Assembly: GCF_009914755.1 (NCBI RefSeq)
Contig: NC_060927.1
DNA: 64,000 nt
Origin: the human T2T-CHM13v2.0 reference genome, Homo sapiens
Direction: 5' to 3' (one strand)
The notes beneath the pieces were generated by a model. The model was not told where the DNA came from. It was given only the letters and a program-made list of their open reading frames with translations, and ran no database searches. The position numbers and the translations under genes are program-made. Positions 53,695-64,000 of the stretch are shown piece after piece. The stretch's first letter is position 1. Every line of letters starts with the position of its first letter.

Positions 53695-56620
53695 TATTTT
53701 ATTTATTTTTAGCAATTATATAGCAGGTTAATTCACATAAATACAATAAATTTTATGTCCATAAAGTATTAAAGTTTAGTGTGCATACACTCAAGAAACC
53801 TTGACAACATTCAAGATAAACAGACTTATTATTTCCTATGTAACTATATAATTAGTTCTCTTTTGTGATCACTCTTCCCTGCTTTTATTCCACCCCACCC
53901 AAACCTCACCTCTACCTTTAAGTAATCACTGATTTTCTTCCCGTCACTATATTTTCTGAAATGTTATGTAAATTAAATCATACTATATCAACAGTTTTGC
54001 TTGTTTTTTTAAATATAATTATTGTGAGGTTCATTTATATTTTTGTATGTATCAATAGTCATTTTATTTTTTTGTTGAATAGTATTCCATTTTATTGGTA
54101 GGCAAAAATTTGTTAATTCTTTCACCATTTGAACACTGGGGTTGTTTTCTACTTTTGGCTATTAGAAATAAAACCGTTACGAACATTTGCACACAAGTCT
54201 TTGTATGAATAAAAGTTTCCATTTCTCTTGGGATAATACATAAGTAGATTTTTTAAATTCATATTTCAATTATATTATTGCTGGCATATAGAAATATGAC
54301 TATCTTTGGTATGTTGACTTGAATGACTGTGATCTTTGTAAACTCACTTACTAGAAGCTCAAGTTTTGTTTAATTATTCTATATAGACAGTTTTATCACC
54401 GTGAACATAGAGTGTTTTTTTCTTGCTTTTAATCTGTATGACTTTATTTATTTTGCTTGATATATTGTAGTTAATAGTCAGTTCAATAGAATGTTGAATA
54501 GCAGTAGTAAGAGAAAACACCTTTCTTGTTTGTTCTTACAGGAAAAACATTCAGTTTATCACCATTAAATATGATGATAACTGTAAGTTATATACAATTG
54601 CTCTCTATTAGGTTAAGGCAGTATCTGTCTATTTCTACTTTACTGAGTGTTTCATGTTTCCCATGAATGGATGTAGAATTCTTTGAATTCTGTAAAATGC
54701 TTTTTCTGTATCTATTGAGATAATGAAGCATTTCTTGTTTAGCCTGTTAATGTAGTGAAGTGATTGATTTTCAAATGTTGAACTAACCTTGCATTCCTAA
54801 GATTAACCTCACTTGGTTTAACATATCATTTTTAAAAAATTTATTGCTGGATTATATTTATAAATATTTTATTGAGTATTTTAATGCTTAGGCTTATAGC
54901 GACACTTCATTTTAGGCTATTAGTGTAATGCTATCATCAGAGAATGAATTTGAGAATGTTCCCGCTTCTATTTTCTGGAACATATTATATAGAATTGGCA
55001 TTATTACTCCCTTAAATATGTATTATCCTTTACCAATGAAACCACTTGGGCCTGAAGTTTTCTTTAGTAGTCATACTTTTATTTAGGTTTATCTATTTCT
55101 TTTTAGAGAGCTACTCTAATGGATATGCAATGCTATTTCATTGTGGTTTCAATTTGCATTCCCCTAATAATTAATGCTGTTCATCATCTTTATATGTTCT
55201 GAGTTTTAACCAATGTATTTTTGTTAGTGAAGTGTCTATGCAAAAATAGTTGCCCATTTTAATGTTATTTGCCTCAATAAAATTGATCGTCTCTTTGTTA
55301 TGTATTTGGAACATAACTCATTACACAATAATGACTAATGCAATACATTATACACTATTTTCCTTAGGTATAATGTGTGAATTGAAGTTTGTTTATGTAT
55401 TTATTTATTTATTGGCACATGCATATCCACTTTTACCAAGATCATTTACTAAGATTATGAGTTCTCAACTGAACTGTCTGTAGACATTTCTTCATAATTA
55501 GGTTTTCCTATATGTGTAGGTTTATTTTTTATTTTCTATTACATTGAATATGTAGATTTATGTGGGAAGAATTAACACTTTATCTAAAATTTCTAAAATT
55601 GGTTTTCTAATACAAAAACAAGCTATATCTCCCCATTTCTTTATATCTTTTTAAAATTTTTTTCAGTCATGTTTTGTCACTTTCTGTGTTTAGGCCATAC
55701 ACATCTTCAGACAAATTTATAAATAGGTATTTCAAATTTTGGATGATATTGTAAATGTTACGGCTCTTTCTGTTTCAAGTTCTCATTGTGGCTACAACAT
55801 AGAAATAATTTGTTTTCGAACAGAAATAAAGTTGATTTTTGCATATTGATCTGGTGACAAAGAAATTCTGGTAACTCTTGTACAGTTCGCCACATTTTCG
55901 AGGTAGACAATGCTTTCTGCCTCCAGGATAACCACTTTCATTTATTATTTTCAGTTTATTTTTTTAACAAATTTATTCCAGTTGCTTTATTTACTTGTGC
56001 TGGCCAGAACCTTCAGTTGAACATTGAATAGAAGCAGAAAGGGTGATTATGTTTGCTTTCCTTCTTATTTTATCATTATAGCATTCAATCTTTCATTATT
56101 CATTATGATATACACTGCAAATTTTTGTGCACGCCATTCATCAAGTTGAGATTGTTTAATTCTATCCTTAGTTGGCTAAGAATTTGTATCAAGAATGGAT
56201 GTTGAATTTTGTCAATTGTTCCTTCAGTGTCTATTGGGGTGAGCACATGCCTTTTGTTTTTACTTTGTAATACAATGAATAATGTGATTCAACTTAGTTA
56301 CACCAATATTGTATTTCTGAAATAAACACCAATTTATTGAGTTATATTATCATTTTTATACATTTTTCAACAGAATTTTCTATAATTTTAATAAGCTTAT
56401 TTGTTTCTATGTTCATGAGAGCTGTTGTTGTGTAAATTTCTTTACTCATAATGTCTTTGGCATGATTTCATACTAATCCTAGCTTCGTAGAATTAGTTGG
56501 AAAGTATTTCTCAATTTTCTGGATGAATCATGTAGAACTGGTACTATTTCCTTTTCAAATGTTTAATAGAATTTCCCAGTAAAACAATATGGGCCTAGAG
56601 TTTTCTCAATCTCTCTTTTT
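53695..56620 (-). mobile_element. Mosaic of old L1M fragments (3'UTR plus several ORF2 pieces)
   Basis: T-rich antisense L1 text (ttgaatagtattccatt; aaaacattcagtttatcaccattaaatatgatg; gaatggatgttgaattttgtcaa); the same ORF2 region appears twice (about 54250-55070 and 55750-56610). Confidence 0.8.
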
Positions 56621-56815
56621 AGTTTCATTGCTATGAGATATTTTTACCCATCATTTTACATTTCAACAGCAGCTGGCACATGGAGACTTTAATTATTGAA
56701 CTTTTAAAAAATAGATTATAGTTCTCTAGTGAAGTTTTCTATTGTGAACACATTAATCACAATCATTTTAATGCCCCTGTCCAGTAACTTCAATATGCAG
56801 ATCCCCTCTTGGTTC

Positions 56816-57067
56816 TTTTTCCCTCTCTCCCTCCCTCCCCTCCCCTCTCCTCCCTTCCTTCCTCTTTTCCTTCCTTCCTCCTTCCCTTCCTTCCCTTCCT
56901 TCCCTTCCTTCCCTTCCTTCCCTTCCTCCCCTTCCTTCCTTCCCTCCTTCCTTCCTTCCTCCCTCTCTCCCTCTCTCCTCCCTCTCTTCTTCCTCCCTTC
57001 CCCTTCCCCTTCTCCTTCCCTTCCCTTTCCTTCCTTCCTTCTGTCTGTCCTTCCTTCCTTCCTTCCC
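56816..57067. repeat. Polypyrimidine (CCTT/CCCTT)n tract including a tandem 9-mer (TCCCTTCCT)
   Basis: Direct reading; explains four low-complexity ORFs. Confidence 0.97.
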
Positions 57068-59395
57068 AAGCTAATGTTTTAGTAAATGTTGGACATTTTT
57101 GTGAAAATTGTTGAGACTTTGGAATTTGTCTTTTTTCATAGGTGATTAACAATATCCTTTTTCTGGGGAGCTACGGCTAGAGTAGATCACATTAATACAC
57201 GTAAATTCTAAACTAATTCCAGATTAGGTTTTGAGCTGTGTCAAGTTCAGTCTACTTGTTTTGCCTTAAAAAAAATGGATTCTTTTCTCTTGGCATGCCT
57301 GATTGCTCTCTCTCCAGCACAGATTTCTAAAGTCTGCATTGCTTTTCATCCATTTTCTGTCGACCTTATTGGCTTCTACTTTGTACAGCTTAAATAATTA
57401 TTAAATATCTCCAGGATAAAACCTAATATAATTACAGGCTCACTCCTATATAGCTCTACTTTATCAGAAAACTTTGAACTTCAAGGCTTGGCTTTTCTGA
57501 AAGGTGCAAAATTTGTTTATTATATAAAAATTATGTAAAAGTGGATTCTGTCAATGGCATTTGGAAGTTGCATTTCCCTTAGGATATATGTCTTCTGAGG
57601 GAGGTAGCTGAGAATATAGAGACTTAGCTGTGATTTTGATACTATCCAGTATCCAGTACCCTCTTTTTTTTTTCTGAGACTCCAAATATATGTATGTTAA
57701 ATGTCCCCGTTGCATCTATTTATCTACTATATTTTCTTTTTTCTTACTTTCCTTTCATCATTCTGAATAACTTCTGAACTATCATCCACTTTACTAAATG
57801 TCTCCATGTCTGATCTCCTTTTAAATTATCCTTTTTGTTATTTAATCGAGTAATTGAGGTTTTATTTCTAGGACTTCCATTTGTTGCTTTATGGAATATC
57901 AAGTTGTCTGCCATAATTCTCACCTTAAAAAAACTTTCATTGAGTGTAATGTCCACTATGCAAAACTGAGGAGGCATGGCAAGCTAAAAATTCTAAATGC
58001 TCTATGAACTCAAGCTCCATAAAAGTAAAAAAAAATTGTATATGAGCAAATCAGAGGTAAACTGTGCTGAAAAACAAAAACAAAGGATATCTTAAAGGCA
58101 GCAACAGGAAAACAACAACAACAACGACAACAAAAACATCTCTAGTGGTGCAGCAATAAACTGGCAGCTGATTTATAGAATGTAGGTATTAAAAAAAGAA
58201 AAACAGCCTTTCTAGTAGAAAAATATTAACAGGGATATGCTCTGAAAAATTTACTCATAGTCAATTTCAGGTTACACTAGTTTGTAAATGCCAAATTCTA
58301 GGTTCGTTCCAGAAATCAGGTTTTGATAGAGTAATGGCAATAATACTAACTGAACATTTAGGAAACTTCAAAATACAAAAGTCAGTGAAAGGCACATTTC
58401 AGAGTATTTACTTCAAATTTCACAAGCCTAAAATATATGCCTCTTAACAGAAAATGAATTTGGATTTCCAATAGATGAAAATTATGATCCTTAATATTAT
58501 CACTTTGGACATCATCCAAAACAGTCTATATTGTTGATATATTACATATGCTCTTTCAGATAAAAGTATAATGATCATAAACATAAAAGGGATTGGGGTG
58601 AGGGAGGTTTAATTTTCAAATATGAACTGTTTGAGAACCCATGTTTTCACATCCCCCTCACTCCTTCCTAAAAAATTATGTTTACCATTTCCATCTGTGT
58701 TTACCAAGTTTGAAAATGGTATAACTTTTCTGTATAATTAAATGCATACTTTAGATTGTGAAATGCATAATTATAACATGAAATATGTATGTACTGTGGA
58801 GTAATGTGCATGCATCATTTACTACATAGTGAAGCAGATACACTTTTAATTAAACTCTATGATGTACAATATATGACCAGAAGAATTATGCTTTGAATAG
58901 CCAATTCTATAAAGAGCCACAAAGTGTATTATATACATGACTATGAATCATTCATCAAACACCCCCTAAAGGAGAATGAAAGCAAGAGATGCTTGATATA
59001 ATTTTCTTTTTGTTCTAAGTAATGCAACAGTTGTGCATTCCTCTAAGGATAAAGTAAACTATTGCTAATACATAAGAAAGCAGGAGCGATCTAGCTCTTC
59101 ATCTGCTGACTAACATACTGTTCCTGGCAATACAGAATAAAAGCATAGTAAATGGAAGAAACATAATTCTTAGTCATAGATTTAGGTATCAGAAAGAGTT
59201 TCATTTGGAGAATGCAGGACATCTGCTGTTGATGCCTTATGGACCAGTTTTGTAGTCATTTCCAGGTGGGATTCAAGATGCTTTCGACCCAGGGGGCTAT
59301 AGATGTTTAGGGAAGCAATTCTCACACTGTGGAATGCATACGAATTATGCAGATTCTACTTCATTATGGGGGACTCTGTTTGGAATGTTATCAAG

Positions 59396-59407
59396 CCACT
59401 AGGTGGC
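59396..59407 (+). promoter_or_regulatory. Candidate CTCF binding site
   Basis: CCACTAGGTGGC matches the CTCF core CCASYAGRKGGC. Confidence 0.45.
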
Positions 59408-60539
59408 TCAGTTGTAACTGACACAGTAGGTCAGGAACTACATGCCCGGGTTTAGACCATCTTTACACATTAAGTTAATAATGCAGCAAGCAGAATGGGA
59501 ATGGGAATGCACAATGGCTCTCACATTCTTTATATTCCTTTCTGTTTATAGAATATCTCACAATCTGTTAGGGAAAATTGGGGTTCTCTATTTCACTGTG
59601 GAAAACCCTTGTCAATATATGTCTCATTGGAACTCTATTTAAGAAATACAGTGATATTCAGTTCTTGGTCAGTATGCTCTCAATATCTGCTGAGTTATGA
59701 AATTCTGGACAGAATACCAGCTGTCTGGCAATGCAGTGTTTTTCATGGATAACTTTCCTTTGAGATTATTTATTTCCATTTCTCATTTGACCAAATCCTA
59801 ACCTTCAGCTACACATGAGCTTAAGGGTATCTGACAGATATCCCCTTCTGAGAAGAGAAGCTTTACTATTTGCTTGCCTGGCTTTATTGTACATAATGTG
59901 CAAATAAAATAATTTAAAAGTAAATAAGAGGTGAAAATATGCATTTTGAGAAATGAATGTTTGCTTTTCATTTTAACAACAAATCTTAAAATTCCAACTG
60001 TGAAGTAGCTCATAAAATCAAGAGATACATTATTACATAATTTTTAAAGAAAATAATGGAGTAAAAATATCCAAGATTTCAAGTTATTGTTATTGATACC
60101 ATAGAGCAATTTTTTAGGACAGACAGAAAGAATCATGACATTTTCATTAATGAATGCTTCCAGTATTATATTATTATGTTCAAAACGCAGTGGCTAACAA
60201 ATTAAGGTAGCAAAATTTTATAACCACTGTTATGGAAGAAAGTTTGGGGCAATCATATAACATTTCTAAAACAATTATAAAATTCATTAGTCAAATTTCC
60301 ATATTTATAAATTTTGATCTTCAATGTATTGTTATGAATATATTTTAAACTTTGAAGATGACCTGGAGATGTTTTTCTTTTCTCTTAGATTTAGAAGAAT
60401 AATGCTTTATAGGAATCAATTCTGAACTCTTGATTTCCAGCTAATTAACCAATCTCCTAGAACTGAGACGTGAAAAAGCCCTGCCAACCAGAAGAGTCTC
60501 TTATAGTGGTCAAAGGGAAAATGGCAGCAAATAACCTGT

Positions 60540-60637
60540 ATGTGTTTGTGTGTGTATACTATGTGTATGTCTATACCTTATATATACACACACTAGATAT
60601 ATACACACTGCATATGTACACACTTCATACATTATAC

Positions 60638-60664
<27 letters not shown>
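60540..60664. repeat. (TG/TA/CA) low-complexity tract ending in (TG)n
   Basis: Direct reading. Confidence 0.9.
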
Positions 60665-60670
<6 letters not shown>

Positions 60671-61119
60671 TTCTGCTTTTTCTAACATAAGAGAGCTTTA
60701 AAAAGTTTTATTAGGGGGCAGGGGTCAACTATCAACTTGCTCTTTCAAAATACCCTCATATTTTATGAGAAACAAAGCACTACTTCAAAGATTATATCCC
60801 ACTGAGCTTTGAATTATAAGCACATAAAGTCTTCTATTTCTAGCAGCTAGTTCAGTTCTAGACATAAAGTGGCTAAAGTGGCTGTAATTAAATGCAAGAG
60901 AAAGAGAGAAAGAGAAGGAGGAGAAGGAGAAGGTCGAGGAGAAGTGGGGCGAAGTGGAGAAAGAGAACTATGGTTGAAAATAAGAGGGATAAAAAATGGG
61001 GATGTGGCATAAAAATCTCAGGTAATCTATCAGATGGCATTATAGGATTTAAAACTTTTGGTTCTCCTATCACAAATATTTGAATTCAATCCAGTGTTTT
61101 CCATTTATTCTTTAATAAT

Positions 61120-61230
61120 TAGTTTAACTTTTGTATGTCTCAGTCACTTAAAAATAATTACAGAGACTTTCTCATAGAATGGTGAGCGGATTGAGTGAGA
61201 AAATGATTGTAAAGCAACCAGCAAAGGAGT
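61120..61230 (+). mobile_element. MIR relic
   Basis: ctcatagaatggtgagcggattgagtgagaaaatgattgtaaagca. Confidence 0.55.
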
Positions 61231-61547
61231 ATGGTGCTGTATTTTTATACAGTACTAAAGCAATTGTAGCCTGTTAATATTTTTGTTATTTTATAATCTC
61301 TCATGTAGACCGTTGTAAAATAATATGGAGCCTGAAATTGAAGTAAAAATGTAAAGAAAACCAACAATAACTTTCCAAATGTGAAACCATTTTTCTTACC
61401 CTTAGCCCAAGTTCTCCAAGGTTAATCTAATTGGTAATATATTTGTGATTTCCTTATTTCTACTATTGTTCTATCTAATTGATTTGGATGGCCTTTTATG
61501 TCAACATTCTCAGGCATTACAATGTGAAAATTTAAGACTAATTCTCA

Positions 61548-63870
61548 TTTTTAATAAAACTTTTATTTTCAAGTTATTTAAACTTACATTCAGTTATAAA
61601 AAAAATACAGAAACATGTGTACACTTTTCCCAGTTTCCCCTGATTGTAACATCTGCAATTCTATAGCACAATATCACAACCAAGGTATTAGTATTGATAA
61701 GGCAGTCACAGAACATTTCTATCATCACAAGTATTGGTCATGTCGCCCTTTTGTACCCACTCCCATGCCTCTTCCACCCCCACCTCCTCCTTATAAACCG
61801 TCAACCACTAATCTGTTCTAGTTTGTATACGTTTGTCATTTTAAGAATACTATATAAATGAAGTTACACATCATGTAACCATTTGGGGTTGGCTTTATTC
61901 ACTCCGTCTACTTTTCTGGAGATTCATCCTGGTGGGTGAATACATATCAGTACTCCATTCTTTCTTTATTGCTAATTGCTACTCAAGGATATCCATGCAC
62001 CACTTTTTTCTTGTTGTTGCTTAACCATGTACCCACTAAAGAACAAATATGATTTTTCCAGCTTTTGGCTATTATGGATAAATTTCCTAAAAATATCTGT
62101 GTATACGTCTTTATGTGAACAAAACATTTAATTTATCTGGGATAAATTACCAGGAGTGCAAATGTCTAAATTATGTGGTAAGTGTGTTGATGAAGAAAAG
62201 CCAAATTTTAAAATACTCAAAGAGGTTTATTCTGAGCTAAATGTTAGTGACACTGCCTCAGGAGGTCCCAAGAACATGTGCCCAAGGTGGTTGGGTTGCA
62301 GCTTGTTTGCATACATTTTAGGGAGACAGAATTACAGGCAAAGACATAAATCAATACACATAAGTTATACATCAACCTGTTCTGGTAAGGAGGGACATCT
62401 CAAAGTGTAGTAAAGAGATGTTTTCCAGGTCACAGGTGGATTCAAAGAGTTTCTGACTGGCAATTGGTTGAAAGATTAAGCTTTGCCTGAAGAGATGAAG
62501 TCATAATAAAGAAATGCATGAGTTAAGATAAGGGGGATTGTGGAAGCCAAGAATCTTCGTACGTAGATGAAGCCTCTAAATAACAGGCTTCAAAAAGAAT
62601 AGATGGTAAATGTCTCCTATCAGACTTTAAAAGATTTCAAACTCTGTGTTAAATCTCTACTGGATCAAGAAAAGAAGGTTCTCTACAAAATGCAAATTTG
62701 CTTCACAAGAGACCGCTTTGGATGCCTATTCCAAAATATGTCAAATACATATATTTGGAGTAAAATGCTTTGATTTCCTTTATGGCCGGTTATCTATTAT
62801 GTGATACTGTACCAGAGTCATGTTGGAATTTGGTATCTTTTTGCTACAAAGATTGTGTTTTGTCAGTCTTATCATTTCTATTTTAATGGTAATGCTGGTC
62901 AGTAGTGCCTAAACTTCAAACACAGAAGGGTATGAGAAGGCACATCTGACCTCCCTTCCCAAAATGGCCTGAAGTAGTTTTTCAGGTTGTCTTTGGGATC
63001 CTCTTGGCTAAGAGGGGGGAATCTATTCAGTCAGTTGGGACATTCTAATTTTACTTTTTATTTTCAGGTGCATCTTAAGACTTTTTAAAGAAACCATTTA
63101 ACTCTTTTCTAAAGTGGCAATACAATTTTACATTACCATCACCTATGTTTGAGTGATCCAGTTTCTCTATATCCTCACTAGCATTTAGTGTTGTCAGTAA
63201 TTTTAATTTAGTCATTTGTATAGGTGTGTAGCAATATATTTTTGGGTTTTTATTTCTACTTTCTTTGGGTTTTTATTTTTAGTTTCTTAACGGTTAATGA
63301 TGTTAAAGGTAATTTCATGTACTCATGTGGCATCTGCACAGCTTCAGTGAAATATCTCTTCATGTATTTTGCTTATTTTCTATTGGATTTTGTTTTTATT
63401 TACTGTTAAAATTTTAGCACATTATTTAATCTGAATGTAGAACTTTATTGGACATGCAGTTTACAATTATTTTCTCCTGGTTTGTAACTTGTCTTTCCAT
63501 TCTCTTCACATGATCTTTCATAGAGCAAAAGTTGATGATATAAAGACCATTTTTTTTATTTCTATGGGTTGTGCTATTGTTGTCAAGTCTAAGAACATGT
63601 TGCCTCCACTTAGATACTGACAATATTCACCTACATTTTTTTCTAAAAGTTTATGGTTTTGTATTTTACATTTAAGTCACTGATGCATGTTAAGGGTTTT
63701 TTTTTTTTCTTGTTTGTTTTTGTTGTTTGCATAAGGTATGAAATAGGCTGAAGTTTGTTTTCTGTTTATTTAGTCTATGGACATCGAATTGTTCTAATAC
63801 CGCTTTTTGAAAAGGTAGTTTTTCCTTTATTAAATTGCGTTTGCATATTTGTCAAAAATTAGCAGAGCCA
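61548..63870 (-). mobile_element. L1MC/L1MD-type 3' region interrupted by a MER4 LTR
   Basis: cccagtttcccc...acaatatcacaaccaaggtatt...caaccactaatctgttc 3'UTR; L1 text resumes after 63070. Confidence 0.82.
62185..63066 (-). mobile_element. MER4-family (MER4D-like) ERV1 solo LTR
   Basis: tg...ca termini, about 880 bp, gcctcaggaggtcccaagaacatgtgcccaaggtggttggg, ctggcaattggttgaaaga; degenerate 4-bp TSD agtg/ggtg. Confidence 0.88.
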
Positions 63871-64000
63871 ATTTGAAAATATGGAATCCATGAAAATGAA
63901 GTGAGTTTCTTGTAAAGGCGTATATGCCATTATATGCTATGTTTTTTAATCTACTCTGTCAATCTCTGACCTTTACATGGTATAGCTAGTCCATTGATAT

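Noticed and set aside
56716-57152. Four 100-120 aa G/E/K/R- or P/S/F/L-rich ORFs
   Set aside because: Translations of the CT microsatellite
60372-60545. Strong + strand acceptor tttttcttttctcttag at 60388 (another at 52776)
   Set aside because: No convincing downstream donor or open frame

Overview
AT-rich primate (human/great-ape-like: AluY and young L1PA present) non-coding DNA, intronic or intergenic. I see no protein-coding gene, tRNA/rRNA or CRISPR array. Most ORFs in the track are translations of Alu, L1, ERVL, Tigger1 or simple repeats; the rest are short chance frames. About half the window is recognisable transposon sequence: about 15 Alu/FLAM copies, L1PA/L1PB/L1M fragments, L2/MIR relics, MaLR LTRs (MSTA, THE1D, MLT1C/D, MST), an MLT2/ERVL remnant, LTR16, MER4, a near-full Tigger1, Tigger3a and MER58A. 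Subfamily calls are by eye from remembered consensus features and need RepeatMasker confirmation. The best leads are (1) a probable L1PA 3' transduction (14866-16755) ending in AATAAA-24 nt-A21 inside a truncated Tigger1, (2) three unannotated hairpins in unique DNA (38.5, 42.8-43.0 and 46.2 kb), the largest with all five transitions G.U-compatible on the + strand, (3) a small CpG/E-box cluster followed by a 36-nt microexon candidate at about 32.2-32.7 kb, and (4) a CTCF-like core at 59.4 kb. None of these is demonstrated to be a new biological system.
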